Assembly: GCA_028688905.1 (NCBI GenBank)
Contig: JAQTXH010000002.1
Span: 19,061-83,060 of the forward strand
Reading direction: 5' to 3'
Source: Acidiphilium sp.
GTDB taxonomy: Bacteria > Pseudomonadota > Alphaproteobacteria > Acetobacterales > Acetobacteraceae
DNA: 64,000 nucleotides
Shown piece by piece: positions 9,676 through 20,027 of the stretch. The translations under genes were made by a program, and so were the position numbers. The first letter of the stretch is position 1. Each line of letters opens with the position of its first letter. Under the pieces are notes generated by a model that searched no databases, was not told the DNA's origin, and saw nothing but the letters and a program-made list of their open reading frames with translations.

Positions 9676-11364
9676 ATGTCGATAACCTTGCCCGACGACC
9701 CAACTGACATCAAAACAGCCACAAAACCCCGCCGAAAATTCAACCGTTTCGTCAATAACCCGGTTATCGAAGACTATTCGCTGCGCTATGCGCCCAAAAG
9801 TTTTCGCACATGGTCGCAATATGCGGTGTTTTCGGCCGCACTGGGTGGCATCGCGTATCTGGCGGATCAAGCGATCGGCGGTTCGCTGGCGGTGGAATAT
9901 GGCTTCACCAACGCGTTTTACGCGATCCTGGCAGCCGCAACGGTGATCTTTTTGACCGGAATTCCGATTGCTTATTATTGCGCGAAATACAATGTCGACG
10001 TCGATTTACTAACGCGTGGTGCCGGATTTGGTTATCTTGGTTCGACCATCACCTCGGTCATCTATGCGAGTTTCACCTTCATATTCTTCGCCCTCGAAGG
10101 CTCGGTGATGGCGCAGGCCTTTAATTTGTATTTTGGCATTCCGCTCCCCTATGGTTACGCGATCGCCTCGCTGATGATCATTCCACTGGTCGCGTTCGGA
10201 ATGACATTATTGTCAAAATTGCAGGTGTGGACACAGCCGATCTGGTTGTTTCTGCTGTTTTCGCCACCGATCGCGGTTCTGGTGGTCGATCCGCATGCGA
10301 TCGGCCAATGGACCAGCTTTGCCGGATCGTCACCGAGTGGCACCGCCTTCAATCCGTTGCTGTTCGGTGCCGCCGCCGGTATTGCATTGTCACTGATCGC
10401 GCAAATCGGCGAGCAGGCGGATTATCTTCGGTTCATGCCCGACAAAACCAAGCAGAATTCTATCGGCTGGTGGCTTGCCGTGCTCGGTGCCGGTCCTGGC
10501 TGGGTCATTCTCGGTGCGGCGAAGCAATTGATGGGGTCGTTTTTCGCCTCGGTGGCCTTCAACCACGGCACACCGCTCGCCAAGGCTAACGAGCCGATCC
10601 AGATGTATCATGCCGGCTTCAACGCCATGTTCGGTGTCGGCATGGTCGCGATCAGTATCGCGACGTTTTTTATCATACTTTCACAAATCAAGATCAACGT
10701 GACGAACGCATACTCCGGTTCACTTTCCTGGTCGAACTTCTTTTCACGCATCTTCCACGCTCATCCTGGCCGCCTTGTTTACATCTTCCTCAACATTGGC
10801 ATCTCGCTGACATTGATGGAATTGAACATGTTTGAATTCCTCGGCAAAATTCTCGGGTTTTATTCGAACGTCGCGGTCGCCTGGATCGGTGCCGTGACCG
10901 CCGATCTCGTCATCAACAAGCCGTTGCTGAAACTCAGCCCGAATTATGTCGAGTTCAAGCGCGCCAATCTCTACAATTTCAACCCGGTCGGCTTCGGCTC
11001 GATGATCATTGCGTCGGTCATTTCGGTGGCCGCGTTCTTCGGGCTGTTTGGCGCTTATGCGGCGGCGTTTTCGTCTTTCATTGCGCTGGGTATTGCCTTC
11101 ATTGCCTCGCCGATTATCGCGATCATCACCAAGGGGAAATACTACGTCGCCCGCGATCCGTCGTATCACGCCGGAATTTCCCATAGCACGATGAACTGCG
11201 TGTCCTGCGGCTATGAGTTCGAGAAGGAGGATATGACCGGTTGCCCGTTCCACGCCGGCAACATCTGCTCGCTGTGCTGCTCGCTCGACAGCGATTGCCA
11301 TGACATGTGCAAAAAACCGCACGCGACCCCGTCCCTCGCGTTCGGCACACCACCGATCGTCTGA
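9676..11364 (+). CDS. NCS1/purine-cytosine-permease-like secondary transporter with C-terminal Cys-rich module; probable amide/urea importer
   Basis: 562 aa, about 12 hydrophobic segments. Shares EDYSLR, VDVDLLTRGAGFGYLGST, QIGEQADYLRF, QIKINVTNAYSGS and the CxxC...CSLCC...CHD.C tail with the kinase N-terminus. Confidence 0.88.
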   Translation: MSITLPDDPTDIKTATKPRRKFNRFVNNPVIEDYSLRYAPKSFRTWSQYAVFSAALGGIAYLADQAIGGSLAVEYGFTNAFYAILAAATVIFLTGIPIAYYCAKYNVDVDLLTRGAGFGYLGSTITSVIYASFTFIFFALEGSVMAQAFNLYFGIPLPYGYAIASLMIIPLVAFGMTLLSKLQVWTQPIWLFLLFSPPIAVLVVDPHAIGQWTSFAGSSPSGTAFNPLLFGAAAGIALSLIAQIGEQADYLRFMPDKTKQNSIGWWLAVLGAGPGWVILGAAKQLMGSFFASVAFNHGTPLAKANEPIQMYHAGFNAMFGVGMVAISIATFFIILSQIKINVTNAYSGSLSWSNFFSRIFHAHPGRLVYIFLNIGISLTLMELNMFEFLGKILGFYSNVAVAWIGAVTADLVINKPLLKLSPNYVEFKRANLYNFNPVGFGSMIIASVISVAAFFGLFGAYAAAFSSFIALGIAFIASPIIAIITKGKYYVARDPSYHAGISHSTMNCVSCGYEFEKEDMTGCPFHAGNICSLCCSLDSDCHDMCKKPHATPSLAFGTPPIV

Positions 11365-11369
11365 ACGCC

Positions 11370-11402
11370 GCCCTGGCCGGGCGCAACCCGCCCGGCCAGG
11401 GC
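11370..11402 (+). other. 14-bp perfect GC stem-loop between the transporter and amiE
   Basis: GCCCTGGCCGGGCG-caacc-CGCCCGGCCAGGGC; no U-tract follows. Confidence 0.6.
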
Positions 11403-11495
11403 CATATATCAGCCTGGCCGGAATCGCGAGGCGATCTTAGGCTGATGAAATAGCCCGGGCCATTCAACCTATTCAACCTATAAAAGGACATGCAC

Positions 11496-12539
11496 ATGAT
11501 GCACGGCGATATCTCATCGAGCTTGGATACGGTTGGGGTTGCGGTGGTCAACTACAAAATGCCGCGCCTTCACACCCGGACCGACGTTACGGCCAATGCC
11601 GAGGCCATCGCCACGATGCTGGTCGGCATGAAGACTGGCCTGCCGGGCATGGACCTCGTTGTTTTCCCAGAATATTCCACGCATGGCATCATGTACGACC
11701 GCGCCGAAATGATGGAAACCGCGACCACGATTCCGAGTCCGGAGACTGATATTTTCGCCGCGGCCTGCCGGAAAGCCAAGGTCTGGGGCGTGTTCTCGCT
11801 GACCGGCGAGCGCCACGAGGATCATCCACACAAGGTGCCGTACAACACGCTGGTCCTGATCGACGACACGGGTAAAATCGTCCAGAAATACCGCAAGATC
11901 ATGCCGTGGACGCCGATCGAAGGCTGGTATCCCGGTTCGACCACTTATGTCAGCGAGGGGCCGAAAGGACTCAAAATCAGCCTGATCATCTGCGACGACG
12001 GCAATTTTCCCGAGATCTGGCGCGACTGCGCGATGAAGGGGGCGGAACTGATCGTGCGCTGCCAGGGCTACATGTACCCATCCAAGGAACAGCAGATCAT
12101 CATGGCGAAGGCGATGGCCTGGGCCAACAATGTTTACGTCGCGGTCGCCAATGCGGCGGGGTTCGACGGCGTCTATTGCTATTTCGGTCACTCCGCGATC
12201 GTTGGCTTCGATGGCCGCACCCTGGGTGAATGCGGCGAGGAGGAATACGGGATCCAGTATGCGCAGTTGTCGAAATCATTGATCCGCGACGCCCGCCGGA
12301 ATGGCCAGTCGGAAAACCATTTGTTCAAGCTGTTGCACCGAGGCTACACCGGCATGCTCAACTCGCGCGAAAACGAACCCGGCAAGGCGGTCTGCCCCTA
12401 TGATTTCTACCGCGATTGGGTCACCGACCCCGAGGGTACGCGCCTCAAGGTGCAGGCATTGACGCGCGGCACGCTCGGCACACCGGAATGTCCGATCGAG
12501 GGCGTGCCGTTCGAAGGTGGCATGAAAGCTGCCGAATAG
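11496..12539 (+). CDS. amiE: Aliphatic amidase (nitrilase superfamily)
   Basis: [40 protein letters not shown] and [35 protein letters not shown]; Glu-Lys-Cys triad present. Confidence 0.97.
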   Translation: MMHGDISSSLDTVGVAVVNYKMPRLHTRTDVTANAEAIATMLVGMKTGLPGMDLVVFPEYSTHGIMYDRAEMMETATTIPSPETDIFAAACRKAKVWGVFSLTGERHEDHPHKVPYNTLVLIDDTGKIVQKYRKIMPWTPIEGWYPGSTTYVSEGPKGLKISLIICDDGNFPEIWRDCAMKGAELIVRCQGYMYPSKEQQIIMAKAMAWANNVYVAVANAAGFDGVYCYFGHSAIVGFDGRTLGECGEEEYGIQYAQLSKSLIRDARRNGQSENHLFKLLHRGYTGMLNSRENEPGKAVCPYDFYRDWVTDPEGTRLKVQALTRGTLGTPECPIEGVPFEGGMKAAE

Positions 12540-12582
12540 GCTCTCGCGAAGCGGGCAGGTCCAGTCTATCCGGTTTTTCGGT

Positions 12583-13434
12583 CTATTCGGTTTTGAGGAA
12601 CAACAGCAGCTTGTCGATCGCTTCCTGCTTGCCGAGTCCTTCGAGCGCGCCGTACTCGGCGGCGAGGCGTTCCAGTGCCGCCTCGAAAATCTGGCGCTCG
12701 GAAAAGCTCTGATCGGGCTGGCCGGCGTTGCGGTGCAGGTCGCGCACCACTTCGGCAATCGACATCGGGTCGCCCGAGTTGATTTTTGCTTCATATTCCT
12801 GCGCCCGGCGCGACCACATGGTGCGCTTGATCCGCGCACGGCCCTTCAGTGCGGCCAAAACCTCGTCGAACTGCTTGCGACCGGAGAGCTTGCGTAAGCC
12901 GGCGGTGCGCGCCTTGTTCACCGGGACCCGCAAGGTCATGCGGTTCTCATCGAAGGTGATGTGGATGAGTTCCAGCTTCTGTCCGGCGATTTCCTCGGCT
13001 GCAATGCGATCGACCTTGCCGACGCCGTGGGTGGGGTAGACCACGTGATCGCCCGCCTTGAAGTTTTCCGCCTTGGCAACCAGGCGTTGCGGCAGCACCG
13101 GACGCGGGCCGGGCGGCGGCATAGCGTCGCGCTGTACGAGGGGGGCCGCCGGCACGGCAAGGGCCGGCACCGTCTGGTCCGGTTCGGCGGCGGTCGTGAC
13201 GGCAGGTTGCGGTGAAGCGGTCATATCGGGGAGAGAGCCTTTTTCTGGAGTCGGGTGCAGGTCGGCCACTGTGGCCGGGTCCGGTTCGACCGGTTTGGAA
13301 TCGGCGCGTTTCGCCGGCCGGACCGGCACCGTCTCTCCGGGATCGGCCGAACCTGCCTTCGGCACCGATTTACGGGACGGTTTTGCCCCCTTGGCAGCCG
13401 CAGCCGCCGGTGGCGTCTGGTCTTGTGTCATCAT
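12583..13434 (-). CDS. carD: CarD-family RNA polymerase-binding regulator with long Pro/Ala-rich N-terminal extension
   Basis: FKAGDHVVYPTHGVGKV, TMWSRRAQEYEAKINSGD and EVVRDL. Confidence 0.93.
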   Translation of the reverse strand: MMTQDQTPPAAAAAKGAKPSRKSVPKAGSADPGETVPVRPAKRADSKPVEPDPATVADLHPTPEKGSLPDMTASPQPAVTTAAEPDQTVPALAVPAAPLVQRDAMPPPGPRPVLPQRLVAKAENFKAGDHVVYPTHGVGKVDRIAAEEIAGQKLELIHITFDENRMTLRVPVNKARTAGLRKLSGRKQFDEVLAALKGRARIKRTMWSRRAQEYEAKINSGDPMSIAEVVRDLHRNAGQPDQSFSERQIFEAALERLAAEYGALEGLGKQEAIDKLLLFLKTE

Positions 13435-13556
13435 GAACCCTATAGAGACGCGTATCTCTACCCGGCACGCAGGGCGCGCCTTAGCAGAGACATCTCGCTA
13501 ATTTTGATGATTATATCACAAAATCACCGAGTCGGGAACGTCCTGGCACCGAGGGG

Positions 13557-13889
13557 TCAGGGGCTGCCCGGTTCGGCCGAGAACATTGCATCCTTGCCGG
13601 GTTTATCTTTCCAGGCATCGGCATCGTCCGGTGGGGTGCCCTTGCGGGTGATATTGGGCCAGATCGCCGCGAAATCGCGGTTCTTTTCCAGCCAGGCGTT
13701 CGCTTTGTCGTCGGAATCCGGCACAATCGCCTCCGCCGGGCATTCCGGTTCGCACACCCCGCAATCGATGCACTCATCGGGGTGGATGACGAGCATGTTT
13801 TCGCCGACATAGAAGCAATCGACCGGGCAGACCTCGACGCAATCCATATATTTGCACTTGATGCAGTTTTCGGTGACCACATAGGTCAT
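13557..13889 (-). CDS. fdxA: 7Fe/8Fe ferredoxin
   Basis: [26 protein letters not shown]...[16 protein letters not shown]; start trimmed to 13889. Confidence 0.97.
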   Translation of the reverse strand: MTYVVTENCIKCKYMDCVEVCPVDCFYVGENMLVIHPDECIDCGVCEPECPAEAIVPDSDDKANAWLEKNRDFAAIWPNITRKGTPPDDADAWKDKPGKDAMFSAEPGSP

Positions 13890-13965
13890 CGGGCACTCCT
13901 GAAACTTGGGTATGAAGGAGGGCGATATGCCCCCAATGCGGCATTTAGGCAAGATTGCGTCGCGA

Positions 13966-14256
13966 TCAGCCCTCGGCGACCTCGTCATACAGGTAACACG
14001 CCTCGTTCGCCGGGACCCGCCGCACCCCCAGCGCCCGTACCCGCACCACCAGCACGTCGCGTGGCAGGGTGAGGGTGAGAACGTCGCCGGGCCTCAGCTT
14101 GGCGTGGGGTTTTTCGGTGGTTTGCCGGTTGATCCGCACACAACCCGCGCCGATCAACCGTGCCGCAATGGCACGGGATTTCGCAAAGCGCGCGTGGAAC
14201 AGAAATTTGTCCAGCCGTTGCCAGCCGACGTCTTCGGCGGTCTCAGGATGCGGCAC
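13966..14256 (-). CDS. S4-domain RNA-binding protein (Hsp15/HslR-like)
   Basis: [15 protein letters not shown]...VRIN...[10 protein letters not shown]; conserved helicase-S4-fdxA-carD order. Confidence 0.88.
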   Translation of the reverse strand: MPHPETAEDVGWQRLDKFLFHARFAKSRAIAARLIGAGCVRINRQTTEKPHAKLRPGDVLTLTLPRDVLVVRVRALGVRRVPANEACYLYDEVAEG

Positions 14257-16747
14257 GGCGAAGTGCGGCCAGCACCGCGAAAGGATGGTCGGGGTTTGGC
14301 GGCTCCGGCGCGGGGGCCGGCGGCACGATCGCCGCCTTGCGGCCTGGCGCGATCGCGATGTGAGGAGGTGCCGCAGGGCCGAATTGGTCCGGGGCCAGGG
14401 TCGCTTGTGGGATCAGCCGTAGCCCGAAACCGGTGAGCACGGCGGCGAGGTCGTCCGGCCCGACGCCGAGTCGCGAGGCAAGTCCCGGCGGTAACGGCAC
14501 CGCCCGGCGGCGGGCGGCGTAGCGCAGGTCGGCGGCGACCCGCTCGGCGATGTCCAGCCTGATCGCGCGCGGGCCGCAGGCGAGCCAGCCGAGAAACGCC
14601 GCGAGACCATCCGGCCAGTCGGGTGTGGCAATGGCGACGAGGCCGGGTGCGGGCAACGGCGGTAGTCTGCGTCGATGCCATGCCGCCCATAAAACGGCAC
14701 GCAGGGCGGCCGGGCGGGGTTTGAGCAGGGCAGGCAGATAGAGGGCGAAAGCACCGGCGCGGACACCGATCCGGCGCAGTGCCGGGCGCAGCGATGCATC
14801 GATCGGCACCGCCGGGAGCACCCCGGCCTGTTCGGCAAGCCGGTGGACCACGCCGCGCAGTTCGGGTTTTTGGTCCGCCGCGCGGGCGGCGGCGAACAGT
14901 GGCATCAGGTCGCGGGCGATCACCGTCTCGACAAACCGGGCCAGACGGGCGCGCAGAATTTCGCGCTGGACCCCATCGAGAAACTCGCTGTCGATCACCT
15001 CGATCGCCGGGGCCAGCAGAGCGCTGCCCTGGTGCAGACGGGCGATCGGGGCGGTCTGCCAGTGGATGATGCCATCGGGTTGGAGGGAAAATTCCGTATC
15101 GGGGGCGGCGTTGAGGCGGACGACCCGGCGCGGCATTTCGCCGCCCAGTGCCCGGCGGGCGGCGCGCAGCACCAGGCGCTTGTCCGCTCCGCCGATACTC
15201 GCGTCCGGCTCGAAGCGGAACCCATCGACCCGGCCGACCGGATGGCCCTCGACCACCACTTCGCCCGCACTTGTCACCGCCGACATCAGCCCCGCCGCCT
15301 CGCCGGCATCGAGACTGCGGGTGATTTTGGCGGCACGGCGGTCGACAAAGCGGGTCATCAGTTTTTCATGCAGCGCATCGGACAACAAATCTTCGGCCTC
15401 GCGCGCCCGGCCCTGCCAGACCAGTGCGTTGCGCACCCAGTCGGCCCGGGCGGCGATATAGGCCCAGATCCGGACATCGGCGAGGCGCTGCATCAGCGTA
15501 TCGATATCGCCATCGGTCCGGCCCAGCCCGGCGATCTGGGCGGCGACCCAGTCTTCCGGCAACACCCCGTCATCGAGCAGATGCTGAAACACTCTGGCGC
15601 ATAATTTCGTGTGGATGTCGGTTGCCAGCTTGCGGAAATCGGGGATCTGGCAGGCGTCCCACAGCAGGCGCATCGCGCGCGGGTTGCGTGCCCGGTCGCG
15701 GATCGCGGCATCACCCGACAAGGCTGACAGAGTCAAAAGATCCGATGAGTCATGCCCCCGGGTAAGGCCGATCCGGTCGGGGGCAGCGAGCAGGCTGGCA
15801 AGCAAAGCCTCGATCGAGGTGAAATCGAGGGTGGAATTGCGCCACGCGAGTTGTTCCAACGGGTCGAACGCATGGCTTTCCACCGCCGAAATCAGTTCAT
15901 CGGTCAACGGCCGGCAGCGTCCGGTGGTGCCGAACGTGCCGTCGCGCATCCCGCGTCCGGCGCGGCCGGCGATTTGCGCGATTTCGGCGGCGGCGAGCGG
16001 ACGGGGACGGTGGCCGTCGAATTTCGACAGGCCGGCGAAGGCGACGTGGTCGACATCCATGTTTAGACCCATGCCGATCGCGTCGGTCGCGACCAGGAAG
16101 TCGACCTCCTTGTCCTGATACAGCGCCACCTGGGCGTTGCGGGTGCGTGGTGACAGGCGGCCCATCACCACGGCGCAACCGCCCCGGCGCGAGCGCACGG
16201 CCTCGGCGATCGCGTAAACTTCGGCGGCGGAAAACGCGACGATGGCGGAGCGCGGCGGCAGGCGCGAGAGCTTGGTCGCCCCCACGTAGGTCAGTTGCGA
16301 CAGGCGAGGGCGGGTTTCGATTTCGGCTTCAGGCACCAGGCGTTTGAGCAGCTTGCGGATGGTTTCGGCACCGAGAAACATGGTCTCGACCATGCCGCGG
16401 GCATGGAGCAGGCGGTCGGTGAACACATGGCCCCGATCGGCATCGGCGCAGAGCTGGATTTCATCGACCGCGATGAACTCGACCTGCCGGTCCAGCGGCA
16501 TGGCCTCGACCGTACAGGAAAACCAACGCGCGTCGGGCGGGACGATCTTTTCCTCGCCGGTGATCAGTGCCACGTTGCGGACACCTTTGAGGTTGACCAT
16601 CCGATCGTAATTCTCGCGGGCGAGCAGACGCAGCGGAAATCCGATGATCCCCGAGGAATGGCCCAGCAGACGCTCGATGGCGAGATGCGTCTTGCCCGTA
16701 TTGGTGGGGCCAAGCACCGCTTTCACACGCGGGGCGAATCCGGACAT
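14243..16747 (-). CDS. Suv3-like SF2 helicase
   Basis: LGPTNTGKT, PLRLLARE, VDEIQ, LVATDAIGMGLN and QIAGRAGR. Confidence 0.93.
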   Translation of the reverse strand: MSGFAPRVKAVLGPTNTGKTHLAIERLLGHSSGIIGFPLRLLARENYDRMVNLKGVRNVALITGEEKIVPPDARWFSCTVEAMPLDRQVEFIAVDEIQLCADADRGHVFTDRLLHARGMVETMFLGAETIRKLLKRLVPEAEIETRPRLSQLTYVGATKLSRLPPRSAIVAFSAAEVYAIAEAVRSRRGGCAVVMGRLSPRTRNAQVALYQDKEVDFLVATDAIGMGLNMDVDHVAFAGLSKFDGHRPRPLAAAEIAQIAGRAGRGMRDGTFGTTGRCRPLTDELISAVESHAFDPLEQLAWRNSTLDFTSIEALLASLLAAPDRIGLTRGHDSSDLLTLSALSGDAAIRDRARNPRAMRLLWDACQIPDFRKLATDIHTKLCARVFQHLLDDGVLPEDWVAAQIAGLGRTDGDIDTLMQRLADVRIWAYIAARADWVRNALVWQGRAREAEDLLSDALHEKLMTRFVDRRAAKITRSLDAGEAAGLMSAVTSAGEVVVEGHPVGRVDGFRFEPDASIGGADKRLVLRAARRALGGEMPRRVVRLNAAPDTEFSLQPDGIIHWQTAPIARLHQGSALLAPAIEVIDSEFLDGVQREILRARLARFVETVIARDLMPLFAAARAADQKPELRGVVHRLAEQAGVLPAVPIDASLRPALRRIGVRAGAFALYLPALLKPRPAALRAVLWAAWHRRRLPPLPAPGLVAIATPDWPDGLAAFLGWLACGPRAIRLDIAERVAADLRYAARRRAVPLPPGLASRLGVGPDDLAAVLTGFGLRLIPQATLAPDQFGPAAPPHIAIAPGRKAAIVPPAPAPEPPNPDHPFAVLAALRRAAS

Positions 16748-16830
16748 AAATCGAGTTTGGCGCTTTTATCGACGAATGCAAGCCGTATCATGTCTAGTTA
16801 TAATAACTAACTGTTTGCTGCCCCAATTGT

Positions 16831-18594
16831 TCATGCCCCAATTGGTGCGCAGGCAAGGTCCAGCCAGCCCCTGGTCGCGGCATCGACCAGGGGTGCGATC
16901 GTGGCGAGAACCCGGGCGTGGTAGGCATCGATCCAGGCGATGGCCGCGCGATCGAGCAACGATGGTTCGATCAGGCGGCGTTCGAACGGGGCCAGGGTGA
17001 GGGTTTCGAAGGCGAGGAAGCGTTTTTTGCCGCTGATCGGCGCTTCGGTCACCAGCAGCAGGTTTTCGAGCCGGATGCCGAACGCGCCCGGCTCATAATA
17101 ACCCGGCTCGTCGGACAGGATCATTCCCGCTGCCAGCGGCACCGGCTTGGCCAGCTTGTGGAAACTTACCGGACCTTCGTGGACCGACAGGTATGATCCG
17201 ACGCCGTGGCCGGTGCCGTGGTCGAAATCGAGTCCCGCGGCCCACAACGGCGCACGGGCCAGACCGTCGAGCTGCGGGCCGGTGGTGCCTTCGGGGAACT
17301 GGGCGCGGGCGAGGGCGATGTGACCGGCGAGCACTCGGGTGAACCGGTCCTTGATTATTGCGGGCGGTGCGTCCGGCCCGGTCCAGAGGGTGCGAGTGAT
17401 GTCGGTCGTGCCGTCGGGGTATTGGCCACCGCTATCGATCAGATAAACCTCGTTCGCCCCGATCGCGCGGTTGCTCGCGTCGTCGACGCTGTAGTGGATG
17501 ATCGCACCGTGCTCGGCGGCACCGGAAATTGCGTTGAAACTCTCGGCCCGGAATTCGGGTGCGGCGGCGCGAAAGTCGCGCAGGGCGGCGGCGGCGGCCA
17601 GTTCGGTCAGATCGCCCGACGGCGCGGTCGCGGCGAACCACGCGAGGAAGCGGCACATCGCGACCCCGTCGCGTTGATGCGCCGCCCGCGCGCCGGCTTG
17701 TTCCGTCGGGTTTTTCATCGCGCGCGGCAGCACGCAGGGATCATCGCCCGAAACGATGATCGCCCCGGCCTCGCCAAGCATTTGGGTGAAGCGGATCGGT
17801 GCGGTCACGGGGTCGAGTCGGACGCGTTTGCCGCGCAAAGTCGCCAGGGTTTCGGCCATCGCCGTGCGGGGCACGATGCTCACCGAGGTCCCCAGATGCG
17901 CACGGGTATCGGGCGGGATTTTCTCAGGGTCGATGAACAGCACCGCCGAGGAATCTCGCCGCAGCAAAGCAAAACACAGCACGATCGGGGTATGCGCCAG
18001 ATCCGCCCCGCGCAGGTTGAACAGCCAGGCGGCGGCGTGCGGGTCGGTCAGAAGTACCGCATCAGCACCGTCCTTGGCGATGATTTCGGCGACGCGGTTG
18101 CGTTTGGCGGCGGCGGTTTCGCCGGCATAGGCGACTGGGTGCGGCGTGGCGGCGGCGGCGGGCGGGGCCGGGCGATCGTTCCAGAACGGATCGATCGGAT
18201 TGGCGATCGGCACCAGGGTTAGCCCGGCATCGGTGAATTTTGCGATGGCGGTGGCGCTCATCAGCCAGGGATCGTAGCCGATCCGGCCCTTGGGGGCGGC
18301 ATTCTTGAGCCAGACCTCGGGCGGGGTTTCGGTGATGTGCTGGCGCTCCCAGATCGCCCCGTCGGTCTGGTTGGCGAGTTGCAGCGTATAGCGTCCATCG
18401 GAAAAGACGGCGGCGCGACCGGCCAGCACGATGGCGATGCCGGCACTGCCGGTGAAACCGGTCAGCCAGGCGAGGCGTGCGGCGGAATCGGGGACATATT
18501 CGCCCATGAATTCATCGTTGCGGGGTTGGATGAAGCCGTCCAACGCCTGTGACCGCAATGCCGTCCGCAAGGATGAGATACGCTTATTCATCAT
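16831..18594 (-). CDS. pepP: Xaa-Pro aminopeptidase (M24B)
   Basis: RLAWLTGFTGSAG, DGRYTLQ, IDSGGQYPDGTTDITRT, HGTGHGVGSYLSVHEGP, SDEPGYY and GIRLENL. Confidence 0.93.
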   Translation of the reverse strand: MMNKRISSLRTALRSQALDGFIQPRNDEFMGEYVPDSAARLAWLTGFTGSAGIAIVLAGRAAVFSDGRYTLQLANQTDGAIWERQHITETPPEVWLKNAAPKGRIGYDPWLMSATAIAKFTDAGLTLVPIANPIDPFWNDRPAPPAAAATPHPVAYAGETAAAKRNRVAEIIAKDGADAVLLTDPHAAAWLFNLRGADLAHTPIVLCFALLRRDSSAVLFIDPEKIPPDTRAHLGTSVSIVPRTAMAETLATLRGKRVRLDPVTAPIRFTQMLGEAGAIIVSGDDPCVLPRAMKNPTEQAGARAAHQRDGVAMCRFLAWFAATAPSGDLTELAAAAALRDFRAAAPEFRAESFNAISGAAEHGAIIHYSVDDASNRAIGANEVYLIDSGGQYPDGTTDITRTLWTGPDAPPAIIKDRFTRVLAGHIALARAQFPEGTTGPQLDGLARAPLWAAGLDFDHGTGHGVGSYLSVHEGPVSFHKLAKPVPLAAGMILSDEPGYYEPGAFGIRLENLLLVTEAPISGKKRFLAFETLTLAPFERRLIEPSLLDRAAIAWIDAYHARVLATIAPLVDAATRGWLDLACAPIGA

Positions 18595-18760
18595 AACTTA
18601 ACCGTAATCCTATCATGTTTTTGCATGGCTGACCGAAAGAAACCTTGCTCCCCAAACCAGATCGCCGGGTCTATGTTGCATCGCGAAACGGCGATGACGA
18701 TTGGCAACGACGACAAACCTGCCCGCGCGGCGTTTTATCCCTGAACTGAAAGTGAAAACC

Positions 18761-19033
18761 ATGAGCACGACGACCAATCAAACCAAACTCGGCTCGCCCA
18801 TTGGCGACGCCATCGCTTCGCGGAATGCCGCGATCGACGCGGCGCTGCGTGACAACTTCAACCGTACCGTTGCGATGTTCGAGCGCGTGCGTTCGATATT
18901 CAGCCAGCGACGCGCGGCTCGCGCGGCCTATCGTGAGCTGTCCGAGTTGAACGACCGTGAACTGGCCGATCTGGGCATTGCCCGGTCGGATATCCGCAAG
19001 GTGGTGCGCGGTAAGTTCCCGAGTCACGTCTGA
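18761..19033 (+). CDS. DUF1127 small protein
   Basis: RRAARAAYRELSELNDRELADLGIARSDI is the DUF1127 signature; start trimmed to 18761. Confidence 0.9.
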   Translation: MSTTTNQTKLGSPIGDAIASRNAAIDAALRDNFNRTVAMFERVRSIFSQRRAARAAYRELSELNDRELADLGIARSDIRKVVRGKFPSHV

Positions 19034-19073
19034 CTTCTGCTGATCTGGCCCGGCACACGCCCAGGCGGGGTGC

Positions 19074-20027
19074 TCACGCATTCGCCCCGGCTTTTGTCGT
19101 CCCGGTTTTTGTTGGCCCGGTTTCTGGTGACCTGCGGATCGGTTTCTCCAGGATAAGTGTGGTCCATTCGCCATCGTGGACACGTGATCTGAGTACCAGA
19201 CCGTGACGGCGATGCGCCGATAGCACCCAGCGCGCCTGACGGTCGAGCAACCCCGCCAGAATCGCGGTGCCGCCGGGTGCCAGTTTCGCCGCCAGTTGAT
19301 GCGCCATGGCGGCGAGCGGCCGGGCGAGGATGTTGGCGAATACAAAATCATAGGGGGCGTGCCGGCGCAGCACCGGACTCAACCAGCCATCGGCGTGCCG
19401 CGCGCGGAACAGCCGCGCGGTGCCGTTCAACGCCGCGTTCGCCGCCGCCACCCGTACCGCGCGAGCATCGATGTCGGTGGCCAACACCTTGCGGCCCCAG
19501 ATTTTGGCACCGGCAATGCCCAGTACCCCGGACCCGGTGCCGAGATCGAGGATGTTCAGGGGGTGGCGGCGTTTGGCGACGCGTTCCAGTGCCAGCAGGC
19601 AGCCACGGGTCGAGCCGTGCTCGCCGGTACCGAAGGCCAGACCGGCATCGACGATGATGGTGATGCGTCCCGGCAGGCGGGGGGCGGCGATGTGGGTGCC
19701 GCGGATCGCGAATCGCGCGCCGATTTTTTGTTCGGGAAATCCCTGATAGCTGCGCGCCAACCAGCCGCCAACAGGCACCATGCTCCGCTTGATGGCGGGG
19801 GTGATACCGCTGGCGGCCTCGGCGAGGATCAAGGCAGTGACCAGATCGCCGTCCGAGCCGTCGGGTTCGCGCAAACCCTCCACCACCCATGTGTTGGTCG
19901 GTTCATCCAGAAAAAATCCCACGGTGCGGCAGCATGAACCGAGCGCGGCCTCGAAGGTTTCGAGCGCGGTCGCGGGCACGGTGAGCACAATGCGTTCGAG
20001 TTGTTCGGGGGGAGCAGCGTGCGCCAT
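19074..20027 (-). CDS. prmA: Ribosomal protein L11 methyltransferase
   Basis: AGLAFGTGEHGST, ILDLGTGSGVL, YDFVFANILARPL and ILAGLL. Confidence 0.93.
   Translation of the reverse strand: MAHAAPPEQLERIVLTVPATALETFEAALGSCCRTVGFFLDEPTNTWVVEGLREPDGSDGDLVTALILAEAASGITPAIKRSMVPVGGWLARSYQGFPEQKIGARFAIRGTHIAAPRLPGRITIIVDAGLAFGTGEHGSTRGCLLALERVAKRRHPLNILDLGTGSGVLGIAGAKIWGRKVLATDIDARAVRVAAANAALNGTARLFRARHADGWLSPVLRRHAPYDFVFANILARPLAAMAHQLAAKLAPGGTAILAGLLDRQARWVLSAHRRHGLVLRSRVHDGEWTTLILEKPIRRSPETGPTKTGTTKAGANA

Noticed and set aside
11442-11448. CTGATGA hammerhead-like core in the amiE leader
   Set aside because: No stem II-GAAA or correctly placed cleavage triplet follows.
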